Source: a virus. From it: a DNA stretch of 64,000 bases. The notes beneath the pieces are model-generated. The model searched no databases, was not told where the DNA came from, and saw nothing but the letters and a program-made list of their open reading frames with translations. A program made the translations under genes and the position numbers. Of this stretch, positions 18,499-28,544 are shown one piece after another. The DNA lies in IMG/VR virus record IMGVR_UViG_3300029904_000004, positions 1 through 64,000 of that record; one strand, 5' to 3'. How positions within the stretch are numbered: position 1 is the stretch's first letter; the number at the start of each line of letters is the position of its first letter.

Positions 18499-19107
18499 AT
18501 GGAAAAAACAGCCATTAACGTACGGTTGGTAGAAGACAACCGCGTAAATATTTCAATGTTCGGCCCGCTTTATGGCCATCGTATTTATAAAGCAGCGAAA
18601 ATAGCATGTATTCTTGACTTTAACGCAAAGTTGCGTGACGCACAAGAAAACAATGCCGGTTTGTTAACCAACCGTACTCCATATCGATACAAGATTATTC
18701 CAATCGATATAGTTGGGTTAGACTTGGAGAAGGATATCGACGGGTCTAACGTAATTGTAATTAACAAGGGAAGGGTTGACGAGAACGGCGATTCTATAGA
18801 GATTCGATGCCCGATTGACAATAGCAAGTTTACGAAGGAAGTTAGCGTAGAGACTGTATCAGACGTCCTGAACAAGAAGGATTCTACTGCAGTATACTTC
18901 GCAAACGCACGTAAGCTTGTGGAGGTATTGAATCCGAGTAACAACAACGAGATTGCTCGCATAGAGCGTCTTGTAGACGACCTTAACAAGATTAAGGACA
19001 TGATTAAGCAGACTCGTGATTACAATATCACAAGTGTTAACGATTATTTCCGACAGCTTGATAAGGACAAGGAGCAGGTAAAAATCAATGTAACTGTTGA
19101 AGACTAA
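18499..19107 (+). CDS. hypothetical protein (202 aa)
   Basis: ORF track. Confidence 0.7.
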   Translation: MEKTAINVRLVEDNRVNISMFGPLYGHRIYKAAKIACILDFNAKLRDAQENNAGLLTNRTPYRYKIIPIDIVGLDLEKDIDGSNVIVINKGRVDENGDSIEIRCPIDNSKFTKEVSVETVSDVLNKKDSTAVYFANARKLVEVLNPSNNNEIARIERLVDDLNKIKDMIKQTRDYNITSVNDYFRQLDKDKEQVKINVTVED

Positions 19108-19640
19108 TGAACAAGCTTTCTGAGCGAAGTAAGAAACAGATAGAAATTCTTTTTATGGATGAATCTATCAAAAGGAACCTGATAGACGATTCTAAGAAAG
19201 AATTTTATAAAACAGTCACTATCAACGATGATGGGTCAATCACTTTTGGAAAGACAAGGGTCTTATGGTGGAATCGACTTATCGGAGATGAGAAGACAAT
19301 CAGTTTCTCTGATTTCGCATTAAGGACAGTTGCTGCTCTATCGGGACAAAAGCGCAATGTTAACGACGTTATCCTAAAGGGACTTGGAGAGGAAGTTATA
19401 CGTAATGCGATTTTGGAAGAGCAGTATGATTTAGTTGTAGACAGGTTGTTTGATGCAGCTCGATACGGTGTTCAATCTTCGTTGAATACAAAAGGTTTTG
19501 AAGTTACGGACCAAATAAAACAACACGTTAAAATCCAGTCTAAGGATGGAGTAAAGGTAATTCGACTTCCTGGGTCTGGAGATCCGTTGTGTCAAGTAAA
19601 AATTGGTATAACTGGTGTTGAAATGATTGATCCGGAATAA
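19107..19640 (+). CDS. hypothetical protein (177 aa)
   Basis: ORF track; TAATG overlap with the previous gene. Confidence 0.7.
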   Translation: MNKLSERSKKQIEILFMDESIKRNLIDDSKKEFYKTVTINDDGSITFGKTRVLWWNRLIGDEKTISFSDFALRTVAALSGQKRNVNDVILKGLGEEVIRNAILEEQYDLVVDRLFDAARYGVQSSLNTKGFEVTDQIKQHVKIQSKDGVKVIRLPGSGDPLCQVKIGITGVEMIDPE

Positions 19641-19657
19641 TCTCTAAGATAGTTGCA

Positions 19658-19700
19658 AGTATGAATACTAAGGTACAACAAGGGTTGTTGTATTCATACT
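19658..19700 (+). terminator. long stem-loop downstream of 19107..19640 (terminator or processing hairpin)
   Basis: Inner stem TACAACAA-GGG-TTGTTGTA and outer stem AGTATGAA/TTCATACT. Only a weak T-run follows. Confidence 0.4.
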
Positions 19701-19744
19701 TTCTAAATATCGTCATCCCTTAAGTAATTACTTAGGGGATTTAT

Positions 19745-19820
19745 GACTCTATAGCTCAGTTGGTAGAGCAACAGGCTTTTAATCTGTGGGTCCAGAGTTC
19801 GAATCTCTGTAGAGTCACCA
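19745..19820 (+). tRNA. tRNA-Lys (anticodon UUU), CCA encoded
   Basis: Hand-folded cloverleaf. Acceptor GACTCTA/TAGAGTC. D-arm GCTC-AGTTGGTA-GAGC. Anticodon arm ACAGG-CTTTTAA-TCTGT. T-arm CAGAG-TTCGAAT-CTCTG. Ends in ACCA. Confidence 0.85.
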
Positions 19821-19879
19821 GGTAATCGATTTGGATTTCAAATTCATTGTAATTTATGTTTAATTAAAAATCAAGAAAT

Positions 19880-20428
19880 ATGAATAAATCAATGAAATTG
19901 ACATCTAAAGATATAATTGCACAGCGTGATAATATTTGTAAGACAAAGACTAAGTATTGGCGAATAATTAAAGCCGAGAATGTGATGACAAAGAAGGCTA
20001 AAGCGGCAGGTATGGGGTCTGGTTTTGACCTTAAGGCTCTCCACAATCAGATACTTCAAATGTCAGATAAGCTTATAAAAATTAAACTTATGCTCAATGC
20101 TATTAATAATGGCATTACAACATTTAATTTTGAAGAAGCTAAGAAGACTCATTATTACACAATATATCTCGCATGTGAGAAAAAAGAGCAAATGGCTCAT
20201 TGGGATGAAATCCTTACAAAACACACAATAAATCCTGCAACTAAGGCTAAAGCCGGAATTAAGGGTACAGGTAAGATTGAAACATTTACTTCAGCTAAGA
20301 TAGCTTCTATTAAAAAGAATCTTCAGCTTGAGATAAATAAGCTTGATGCAGATATTGCCAAGTTTAATGATAATACGACATTGGAAATAACCAATGACGA
20401 CGATATTAAAGAACTTATGGCAGTATAA
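19880..20428 (+). CDS. hypothetical protein (182 aa)
   Basis: ORF track. Confidence 0.7.
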   Translation: MNKSMKLTSKDIIAQRDNICKTKTKYWRIIKAENVMTKKAKAAGMGSGFDLKALHNQILQMSDKLIKIKLMLNAINNGITTFNFEEAKKTHYYTIYLACEKKEQMAHWDEILTKHTINPATKAKAGIKGTGKIETFTSAKIASIKKNLQLEINKLDADIAKFNDNTTLEITNDDDIKELMAV

Positions 20429-20440
20429 ATATCATATATT

Positions 20441-20498
20441 ACTATATGCATAGGGCAGTCCTTAGAGAAGTGTGGTTCGAGTCCCACTATAGTAACCA
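20441..20498 (+). other. truncated tRNA-like minihelix (acceptor stem + T-arm + ACCA, no D-arm)
   Basis: TACTATA pairs with TATAGTA. The T-arm is GTG(T)GG-TTCGAGT-CCCAC and the element ends in ACCA. Only ~21 nt lie between the acceptor stem and the T-arm, and no 7-nt anticodon loop could be folded. Confidence 0.3.
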
Positions 20499-20603
20499 AT
20501 TCGGTCTCGTCTATCGGAAACATCGCTTCCTTCTTTTTCAAGCATAATATCAGTTTTTAATTTTTGTTAGTTGGTTTTTGTTTGTATTAGTAAGGCGTTG
20601 AGG

Positions 20604-20655
20604 ACGTATGCGTAGTGATACGTATAAAAGATAGGTTCGACTCCTATGACCGAAC
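20604..20655 (+). other. tRNA-like 3' module (hairpin with 8-nt loop + perfect T-arm)
   Basis: ACGTAT-GCGTAGTG-ATACGT hairpin, then ATAGG-TTCGACT-CCTAT, then GACCGAA. The only complement (TTCGGTC) lies ~150 nt upstream at 20500-20506. Confidence 0.25.
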
Positions 20656-20788
20656 TATTTATTTTCGATTTAACGGCCTTTCTTTGCCTCTGTGAGTAAT
20701 TATACTACTTTAGCCATGACATGCGCTCAGAACGCAAGGAAATGGCCTTAAATCGAATGTTTTGTTTAACCATTAAAGCATAATCAAT

Positions 20789-21586
20789 ATGAATCCGAAT
20801 AATAAAGTAAACCGCATATATAAGTTTGATAATCTTAGTAAGAAAATTGATAAATTTTTGGCAACCAAGAATGGTAAAGAAGTCGTTAATAATATACATC
20901 GTTTCACACTGGAAGATTTAGTATATCGATATAATCTTAAATATCTGCTTAAAATGCACAGTAATAAGCAGTCTATTATGGATTATATTCGTAACAAAGT
21001 AAAGAACGAAAACAAGCCAAAAAATATTATCGATTATACTCATACGAATGAGACAGATGAGACAGATGGGTATAAGTATATACATTATCCAAACTTAACC
21101 AAAAAAGAGTTGAAGAAGATATGGGATACAAAGACAAGTCCCAAATTACAGTATGCCGAGCGTATGAGTATGCTCGAACAGCATAAGATCGACCGTTGGG
21201 AAAAAGAAAATAAACCGACTTTCGAACAATTGAAAAACGATTTCTTTCCACGTAGTATTATACAAGCATTTAATGATAAATTGTTTAAGAAACGTGAAGA
21301 AATACGTTTAAAACTCGCACAGAAATACGAAGACCCTATAAACAAACCGGTATATGTACGATATTATAGTACGCCCGAAATCATAAAAGAGAAACTTATA
21401 GGGTATGTACGAGATATTAAAAATACAATACGGAAAAAACCTTCATTCTATACACTTGATAAGGTAGATAAGTATTTGTATAACCAAATAAAGTTTTTGC
21501 AAATGCGAATGAAAGCGATATTTAACGACGACTTTGTTTGTTTAAAAGTAATGACAGCCAATAATCATGTAGGTTGTTGGGCTTAA
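20789..21586 (+). CDS. hypothetical protein (265 aa)
   Basis: ORF track. Confidence 0.7.
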   Translation: MNPNNKVNRIYKFDNLSKKIDKFLATKNGKEVVNNIHRFTLEDLVYRYNLKYLLKMHSNKQSIMDYIRNKVKNENKPKNIIDYTHTNETDETDGYKYIHYPNLTKKELKKIWDTKTSPKLQYAERMSMLEQHKIDRWEKENKPTFEQLKNDFFPRSIIQAFNDKLFKKREEIRLKLAQKYEDPINKPVYVRYYSTPEIIKEKLIGYVRDIKNTIRKKPSFYTLDKVDKYLYNQIKFLQMRMKAIFNDDFVCLKVMTANNHVGCWA

Positions 21587-21593
21587 TTTAATG

Positions 21594-21679
21594 GCCTCGA
21601 TGATGGAACTGGGAGACATTTAACACTTAAAATGTTATGTTCCGTAAGGAACGTGTGGGTTCGAATCCCACTCGAGGTA
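21594..21679 (+). tRNA. tRNA-Leu (anticodon UAA), class II with long variable arm
   Basis: Acceptor GCCTCGA/TCGAGGT. 3-bp D-stem ATG/CAT. Anticodon arm TAACA-CTTAAAA-TGTTA. Variable arm GTTCC-GTAA-GGAAC. T-arm GTGGG-TTCGAAT-CCCAC. Confidence 0.8.
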
Positions 21680-21773
21680 CTATACCGTTAGCATGTTGTT
21701 GTTAATTTAGTTTTTTTCGAGTACGGTGGTTCGCGAGAATAGCCGTATTTTTATTATTAAGAGTCCGTGAACC

Positions 21774-23633
21774 ATGATAATACACGATAAAACAGTAATA
21801 ATATATGATATAGAATCGTTTCCAAATTTCTTTTGTTGTACATGTAAGAATACAGAAACTCAAAGTATAAGAACATTTGAGATTTCTCTAAGACAAAGTG
21901 ACATATTAGAATTAAGTAATTACTTTTCAAAGAAAGAATTATTATTTTGTGGATATAATAATAAACATTACGACGATGTTGTAATAAATTATATTATTAT
22001 GTATGCAGAAAAAATGATTCAATTTCCAAAATTACGTATTACTGATTCTATTTTCAATTTGTCGCAATATATAATAAAAGAAGATATTGATAAATATAAG
22101 CGATTTAAATATGCAAATTTGTTTGAATCTATGGATTTACTAACTATGATGTTTAGTAGTAAATTAAGAGTAGGTTTGAAAGAAATGCAATTGACAATGC
22201 ATTACGATAATGTACTCGAATATGAAGGTGACTTTAATGATTATGTACAACCTGAAGATTATTCTAAAATAATTGAGTACAATATAAATGACGTAGAATC
22301 TACTACTTGTTTGTTTAATAAACTTGTAGATAAAGGAGAAATAGATTTACGTTTATTCATTGAAGAAGAATACGGATTCAATGCGCTTTCAATGGATAGT
22401 GTCAAGTTTGGAGAAACAATTCTGGCTAAAAAAGTTTGTGAAGAATTACACATAGACAAAAGACAACTAGAAAAAATGCGTTCCCCAATGGACATGATTC
22501 CATTGAAAGATGTCATATTACCGTTTATAAAATATAAAAATCCGAAATTTCAACAAGTTCTTGAAGATATGAAAGAGCAAATAGTATCTTCTAAAGAACG
22601 TAAAAGCTACGAGAATAAGTTCGTTGTCTCGAATTTACAGTATTCTATAGGAATTGGTGGAATACATTCTATCAATAAACCAAGGATATATGTTCCTAAA
22701 GAAGACGAATATATTGGACATCTTGATGTTGCTTCAATGTATCCGAGTTTCATTGTGCAGTATGGGTGGTTTCCTACTCAATTAGGTAAAGCAGGTTTGG
22801 ACGTGTATATAGATTTATATTACCAAAGGTTACACGCCAAACATAGCGGGCAGAAACTTAAGAATCTTGCTCTAAAATTGGTTCTTAATTCTGTTACAGG
22901 AAAAATGCAACAAGAGACCTCTTGGTTATACGACCCGAAGAGTGTATTTAAAATAAGAATAAATGGGCAATTAGTCTTATTGATGCTTGCAGATATCTTA
23001 CTTCAATATAATTGTGAGATAATACAAGTAAATACAGATGGTGTGATGTTTATTGCTAAGAAAGATAGAGAATCAGATATAATGGAATCGGTATCTGAAC
23101 TTGAGCGATTAACTAAATTGTCTTTTGAAGCGGACCGCTATGAAGCGTTTTATCAATACGCCGTTAACGACTATTTCGGTGTGGTTAACGAAAATAAGAT
23201 AGAAAAAAAAGGTATGTTTATAACAGAAAACAAATTGGGTAAAGGACTCACACCAACCATTATTCCAAAAGCTGTTATAGCATACTTTACTAAACATATC
23301 CCTATAAGGGATACAATACGTAATTGTAATGATATATATGAATTCTTGATGGCCCAAAGAGTTGATAAAAAATTCAAGATAGAATATAATAATCATTACG
23401 TTCAACGTATAAACAGATATTATGCAAGTACAAAAGGTTATTGGCTTTATAAAATAAAACACGAAAACGGAAAAGAAAGCTTTGAAAACATGCTTACTAA
23501 ATCTGGTGTAAAAATATTGAATAAAATCGATAATACTGACGTACCTGATGATATAAACTATGCGTATTATGAAAGTGAAGCACGAAAAATTATTAATGAT
23601 TTAGAGTGTAGACAACTTGATTTATTTGCATAG
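21774..23633 (+). CDS. family-B DNA polymerase, terminates on TAG
   Basis: Exo motifs YDIES, YNNKHYDDVV and YNINDVES. Polymerase motifs DVASMYPS (A), KLVLNSVTGK (B) and QVNTDGV (C). Stop is TAG, with TAA five codons later. Confidence 0.9.
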   Translation: MIIHDKTVIIYDIESFPNFFCCTCKNTETQSIRTFEISLRQSDILELSNYFSKKELLFCGYNNKHYDDVVINYIIMYAEKMIQFPKLRITDSIFNLSQYIIKEDIDKYKRFKYANLFESMDLLTMMFSSKLRVGLKEMQLTMHYDNVLEYEGDFNDYVQPEDYSKIIEYNINDVESTTCLFNKLVDKGEIDLRLFIEEEYGFNALSMDSVKFGETILAKKVCEELHIDKRQLEKMRSPMDMIPLKDVILPFIKYKNPKFQQVLEDMKEQIVSSKERKSYENKFVVSNLQYSIGIGGIHSINKPRIYVPKEDEYIGHLDVASMYPSFIVQYGWFPTQLGKAGLDVYIDLYYQRLHAKHSGQKLKNLALKLVLNSVTGKMQQETSWLYDPKSVFKIRINGQLVLLMLADILLQYNCEIIQVNTDGVMFIAKKDRESDIMESVSELERLTKLSFEADRYEAFYQYAVNDYFGVVNENKIEKKGMFITENKLGKGLTPTIIPKAVIAYFTKHIPIRDTIRNCNDIYEFLMAQRVDKKFKIEYNNHYVQRINRYYASTKGYWLYKIKHENGKESFENMLTKSGVKILNKIDNTDVPDDINYAYYESEARKIINDLECRQLDLFA

Positions 23634-23667
23634 TACAATAACGCTTGCTAACCTTAGAGTATAAGAG

Positions 23668-24237
23668 ATGATTATTGATGTAAATTTAAAACTTTTGGGA
23701 ATAGACCCAAAAATCAATTTAAATCAGTTAATATTCCTTAGTATGGTATTGAATAAGAATCAAAAATATAATGATCAAGACGTTCGCAAGTTAGTCAGCC
23801 TTATTAGCGACGACGAAATATCATACTTAATCTCCAATAATTTAATCACCTCGATGGAGAGAGGTGGTTTTGTGTATTATAATCCATCAAATAAACTTAA
23901 AGAGGCGTTAGCTCCTCAAAAAGATTATTTCGATGTGTTTTTTGAAACATACCCTACGTATATAACACGACCAGATGGTACAAAAGCGTTTTTACGCACT
24001 AATAAAAACAAATGTAGAGTAATGTATAATGATTATATTCACGATTCTGCAGAAGCGGCAGAACATTTGTTAAAGTGTTTGAATTATCAAATACAAAAAT
24101 TAACAATGAGTGGCAAATTAGGATACATGAAAACAATGTACAAATGGTTGGTACAACACGAATGGGAAATTATTGAAGAAGAAATGCAGTATCAACAATC
24201 TAAAGCAGAACAGTCTTATGGAACAGAGCTACTATAA
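23668..24237 (+). CDS. hypothetical replication-module protein (189 aa)
   Basis: ORF track; sits between the polymerase and the helicase. Confidence 0.65.
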   Translation: MIIDVNLKLLGIDPKINLNQLIFLSMVLNKNQKYNDQDVRKLVSLISDDEISYLISNNLITSMERGGFVYYNPSNKLKEALAPQKDYFDVFFETYPTYITRPDGTKAFLRTNKNKCRVMYNDYIHDSAEAAEHLLKCLNYQIQKLTMSGKLGYMKTMYKWLVQHEWEIIEEEMQYQQSKAEQSYGTELL

Positions 24238-25147
24238 TTTACCTATAAGACATATTTCAACTGTTACTAATGAAGCATTACAATATATTACTTCACGTAA
24301 GGAACATAAAGTAACTTCATTGGCTACACGTTGGAAAAAACTGAATAGTTGTTGTATGGGAGGTATTGAACCAAACACCGTTTACACCATAGCTGGAATT
24401 TCTGGTTCCGGAAAGTCATCGGTAGCAAATTTAATCGAAACTGATTTAATTGATCTAAATCCTAATAGGAATATTGTTATACTTACTTTTTCTTTAGAAA
24501 TGGTTGGATTTAGGCAAATCGGAAGAACACTGTCTAATAAATTACGCAAGACAACTTCTTATTTGTATAGTTCTCAACAGGACCTTGACGACGATACGTA
24601 CCATAAGGTCGTCGATGTTTCTAATCAGCTAAAGAATTACCCGATTTATTTTGTAGATAATCCGGGTAGTCCCGAACAAGTAAGACAAACAATACTTACG
24701 TTCTATGAAAGATATGTTAAAGACCAAAACAAATATTTTGTAATAATCTATGACCATACTCTTTTAACGAAGAAGGTTGGAACTACAATAGATACTTTAA
24801 GTGAATTACAAGAAGTATTTATCCAAATTAAAAAACTTCCGTTAACGTCTGTTATACAATTATCACAGATGAATAGAAATATAGAAAGTCCTGAAAGGAT
24901 AAATAATCCATTGGCACATTATCCAATGAGGAGTGATTTATCGTCGTCCGATTCGATATTCCAGGCAAGCGATTATGTACTTGTTATACATCGTCCTGAA
25001 ATATTAAATATACGTGAGTACGGACCAAATCGATTACCTACACAAAATAAGGTATATATTCACATTCTTAAAAATAGGGATGCTGGTAAACCTTGTATAC
25101 TTGAGTTTGAAAACGACCTCATGTATAATAATCTAATCGAACGATAA
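24173..25147 (+). CDS. DnaB-like replicative helicase (RecA-fold domain)
   Basis: Walker A GISGSGKS, Walker B VIIYDH, and SQMNRN...MRSDLSSSDSIFQASDYVLVIHRPE, which resembles the DnaB C-terminal motifs. The true start is probably an internal ATG. Confidence 0.85.
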   Translation: MKKKCSINNLKQNSLMEQSYYNLPIRHISTVTNEALQYITSRKEHKVTSLATRWKKLNSCCMGGIEPNTVYTIAGISGSGKSSVANLIETDLIDLNPNRNIVILTFSLEMVGFRQIGRTLSNKLRKTTSYLYSSQQDLDDDTYHKVVDVSNQLKNYPIYFVDNPGSPEQVRQTILTFYERYVKDQNKYFVIIYDHTLLTKKVGTTIDTLSELQEVFIQIKKLPLTSVIQLSQMNRNIESPERINNPLAHYPMRSDLSSSDSIFQASDYVLVIHRPEILNIREYGPNRLPTQNKVYIHILKNRDAGKPCILEFENDLMYNNLIER

Positions 25148-25173
25148 AGTATAACAATTAAAGGCTGAAAATT

Positions 25174-25641
25174 ATGAAGAAGTACACGTTTTATACAAAG
25201 AAGACAAACAACAATACAACTCCCAGTAACGATTATTCTAAGATTCTTAGTGACATTATATCTTCTAATATTTTGAAGGCAAATCCGTATTTTGCAGATA
25301 TTGAGAAGCCAAAGAGTAAGAAGGTAAATATCGATATTGAGATAACGAAGAAACCGACGTATACTTTCAAGGATGACCAGTACGAGGGAATCCTTAATGC
25401 TATAGACTTGTTCTATAACAGTTTGATTGAGAAGGACACGTATGACTTTAAGCTTCCTGATGGTACTCCTGTTAAGAAGTTTGGAAACGAGATTCAGATT
25501 GGTCTCGATTTGTTCCCGCTTAACAAGTTTACAGAGAAGATTTATGATTATCTTAAAGATATGAATAAAGAGAAGATATACGAGTTCTATATCAATCTTC
25601 CGAAAAAATCTAAAAAAGAAATTAACATTCTTATTGCGTAA
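25174..25641 (+). CDS. hypothetical protein (155 aa)
   Basis: ORF track. Confidence 0.65.
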   Translation: MKKYTFYTKKTNNNTTPSNDYSKILSDIISSNILKANPYFADIEKPKSKKVNIDIEITKKPTYTFKDDQYEGILNAIDLFYNSLIEKDTYDFKLPDGTPVKKFGNEIQIGLDLFPLNKFTEKIYDYLKDMNKEKIYEFYINLPKKSKKEINILIA

Positions 25642-25647
25642 TAAAAT

Positions 25648-26385
25648 ATGAGTTTAGTATTACCTACAAGTAAAATTCCAGCAGTTTCTACTAATCCTAA
25701 GTTTTTGATTATTTACGGAAGGCCTAAAGCAGGTAAAACAAGTTGTTTAGCACAACTTGAGATGAACCTGATTATAGACCTTGAAGGAGGTAGTCAGTTT
25801 ATTGATGCTATGGCTGTACAAGCACGTAGTGTTAACGAATTAGGAGAAATTGCTCAAGCCATTCGAGCTAAGAATAAAGAAGTAGGACATAATTTTTATA
25901 AACATATTACAATAGATAACGCTACTCGTCTTGAAGAGATGTGTCTAAGCTATGCAAAATTATTGTATATGCAAACTCCGATGGGGAAGAACTATAAAGG
26001 TGAAGATATACGAACTTTACCAAATGGTTCTGGATACATGTATTTAAGACAAGCAGTACGTAAAGTTATAGATATGTTCCGTGAGTTATGTGACGAATTC
26101 ATTCTGGTAGGACATGTAAAAGATGTTCAAATAGAACAGAATGGTGAAGAACTTAGTCAAATGGCTTTGGATTTAGTTGGAAAATTAGGTTCTATTATTT
26201 GTGGAGAAGCTGATGCTGTAGGATATCTTTACCGCAAAGGTAACGAAACACACATTAGTTTTAAAGGAGGTGATGGAACTATAAAAGAAGCCAGAGCTCC
26301 TCATTTACGTGGACAAGATATTATAATCGCAACAGGTAATGAGGATGGAACAATAACAACATATTGGAATAAAATTTATAAATAA
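25648..26385 (+). CDS. P-loop ATPase (AAA_24/Sak4-like, RecA-related)
   Basis: Walker A YGRPKAGKTS close to the N-terminus and a later hydrophobic strand FILVGH, typical of small phage recombination ATPases. Confidence 0.75.
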   Translation: MSLVLPTSKIPAVSTNPKFLIIYGRPKAGKTSCLAQLEMNLIIDLEGGSQFIDAMAVQARSVNELGEIAQAIRAKNKEVGHNFYKHITIDNATRLEEMCLSYAKLLYMQTPMGKNYKGEDIRTLPNGSGYMYLRQAVRKVIDMFRELCDEFILVGHVKDVQIEQNGEELSQMALDLVGKLGSIICGEADAVGYLYRKGNETHISFKGGDGTIKEARAPHLRGQDIIIATGNEDGTITTYWNKIYK

Positions 26386-26387
26386 TT

Positions 26388-26990
26388 ATGTATAGTACAC
26401 AAACTGCAGTTGTAAGTACTGGCAATTCGAGCTTTATGCCTGCCGGTATAAATGAAAATGTAACACTTAAAGAAGTAAATGTAAATACAAGTCCTACTGG
26501 AAAGAATTTCCTTGAAGTAATATTTGAGGATAAAGACGGTAAGACTGCAACATATGATGAATGGAAGAACGAAAAGAATATGTGGATTAAAACTGATGCT
26601 GAACTTCAGCAGCGTGATAATCAACAGTTTGGACGTATTCTACAAATCGTAAAATGTTTCTATGATGAAGTACCTCAGGCAGAGTTTAATACATTTATCG
26701 ATATGATAAATTGGGTTAAATCACTACTCGATGGTAAGATTGCTGAAAAGAAACCGTTGCGTGTAAAGACTACGTACGATAAGAAAGGATTTGTACGTGT
26801 GTCTAAGAATGGTATTTATGTAGAACCAATGAGTGTTGCCGAGACTCAGATAGTTATTACAGGTCGTGATGTACTTGTACGTCCAGAAATACCTGTAGAT
26901 AAAGAACAACCTACAAAGGACCCGCTTAGTACATTAAATACTACTCCGGAAACTGAGTCGGGAAGCTCCGATAGCGATTTGCCGTTTTAA
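26388..26990 (+). CDS. SSB-like single-stranded DNA-binding protein
   Basis: Acidic C-terminal tip SDSDLPF resembles the SSB tail (DDDIPF type). Located in the replication module. Confidence 0.6.
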   Translation: MYSTQTAVVSTGNSSFMPAGINENVTLKEVNVNTSPTGKNFLEVIFEDKDGKTATYDEWKNEKNMWIKTDAELQQRDNQQFGRILQIVKCFYDEVPQAEFNTFIDMINWVKSLLDGKIAEKKPLRVKTTYDKKGFVRVSKNGIYVEPMSVAETQIVITGRDVLVRPEIPVDKEQPTKDPLSTLNTTPETESGSSDSDLPF

Positions 26991-27196
26991 CGTATAATAA
27001 AACGGCTGGTGGTCAACCCCGCACAGGGTGTATAGTGAAATCAGCACATTCTGTGTAATTAAATAAAAAACTAAAAACTCTTCCAAAGATGTTGATGGCA
27101 CCTTAGTTCTTATGATAAGCATAAGGCATTTTCAGTAAGTCCTTTATGTAAATGATAATGTCATAAGTTTTAGGTGTAAAACACAAATCTAACATT

Positions 27197-28186
27197 ATGT
27201 ATAGTACAAAAACAGCAAAAACAAATACTTTAAAAGATATTTTGCTAATGTTAGATGACTACGATATATTCTCGTATTATTTAGGGAATTTTCAAGTTGG
27301 AAAGCTTTATAATAGTCCGTTAAGAAGTGATGATAAAAATCCTTCATTTGCTGTATTTCGCAGTAATAAAAATAACTGTCTATTGTTCAAAGACCACGGA
27401 AGTGGACAATTTGGGAATGCTCTAACGTTTGTAAAAACTATAAATCATATTACAAATGATGAGGATTTAGAAAAAGAATTATTACGAATTGTACGAAAAA
27501 GAAATCCTACTGGGAAAGTATTAACGCAAAATAGGAAATATGTAAATGAACACGTTACTGAAATTCAAATAGCTAGACAATCGTTTACTATTACAGATAT
27601 TCAGTATTGGAGTAAATATCATATTTCTACGAATACATTAAATAAATTTAATGTGTTTAGCATAAAGTATTTTCTTTGTAATGGAACCGTCAGAGGAGTC
27701 TATAAAGAAACAAGTCCTATGTATGCATATAAAGTGTTTGATAAATTTAAGATTTACAGACCTTTAGCCTCAAAGTATACTAAATGGCGTAGTAATCTGA
27801 CAAATTATCACGTTCAGGGGCTTGCTGAATTACCTGCAGATGGAGGGAATGTTCTCATAATAACAAAGTCTTTAAAAGATGTTATGGTACTATATGAGAT
27901 GGGATATAATGCTATTTCTGCGTCAAGCGAGACTACTTTTATACCTCATGAAATATTAAATATGTTGAAAGCAAAATGGAAACATATTTTAATACTTTAT
28001 GATAGAGATAGTACTGGTATGATTAAAGCTCGTGAATACAGTAAACAAAGCGGATTCCCCGCATTTTTCGTACATCGTAAGTTTCATTCTAAAGATATAT
28101 CAGATGCAGTTATGAATAATAGTTTTGAAGAAGTTGAAAAATGGTTAGATAAAGAACTAAAAAAATATGGGGACACAAAGAGTTAA
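27197..28186 (+). CDS. primase-like protein with TOPRIM domain
   Basis: LIITKSLKDVMVLYEMGYNAISASSE...ILILYDRDSTG pattern. Replication-module context. Confidence 0.7.
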   Translation: MYSTKTAKTNTLKDILLMLDDYDIFSYYLGNFQVGKLYNSPLRSDDKNPSFAVFRSNKNNCLLFKDHGSGQFGNALTFVKTINHITNDEDLEKELLRIVRKRNPTGKVLTQNRKYVNEHVTEIQIARQSFTITDIQYWSKYHISTNTLNKFNVFSIKYFLCNGTVRGVYKETSPMYAYKVFDKFKIYRPLASKYTKWRSNLTNYHVQGLAELPADGGNVLIITKSLKDVMVLYEMGYNAISASSETTFIPHEILNMLKAKWKHILILYDRDSTGMIKAREYSKQSGFPAFFVHRKFHSKDISDAVMNNSFEEVEKWLDKELKKYGDTKS

Positions 28187-28544
28187 AAATGCGACAAAGG
28201 TCAATAAGTATGGTATACAATTCAGGTCAAAACTTGAATGTTATACTTATGAAGCTTTTATGAATGCTGGAATACCAGTTAAATATGAGCCAAAGCATTT
28301 TACTCTTTTACCAAAATTTGAGTATATGGGAGAAAAGATACGTCCTATTACATATTTACCTGATTTTATAGGTAAAGGATTTGTAGTAGAATGTAAAGGT
28401 CTTATGGGGGATTCGTTCCCTTTAAGATTTAAGCTTTTTAAGCATTACTTAAAACGACATCGTAGTAAGATGAAATGTTACTTGGTGAGAAATCATAAAC
28501 AAGTAGACGAAATGATAAAAGACATTAAATGCAATATATCATGA
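28167..28544 (+). CDS. small PD-(D/E)xK-fold nuclease (resolvase-like)
   Basis: YLPDF...VVECKG matches a D...ExK signature. 125 aa. Confidence 0.6.
   Translation: MGTQRVKNATKVNKYGIQFRSKLECYTYEAFMNAGIPVKYEPKHFTLLPKFEYMGEKIRPITYLPDFIGKGFVVECKGLMGDSFPLRFKLFKHYLKRHRSKMKCYLVRNHKQVDEMIKDIKCNIS

Noticed and set aside
11311-20470. CCTTAGAG-containing loops (11311, 20459) and various TCTAA/TCTAG sites (16626, 17081, 17636, 19650) as the missing amber-suppressor anticodon loop.
   Set aside because: None sits in a 5-bp stem with a 7-nt loop and U33 inside a cloverleaf. CTTAGAG would give anticodon UAG (Leu), not CUA. No suppressor is claimed.
20441-20498. The tRNA 3'-half-like element as an attP core of a temperate phage.
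   Set aside because: No integrase, excisionase or repressor-like gene is recognisable in this window, and the gene content fits a lytic crAss-like layout. This stays a remote possibility only.
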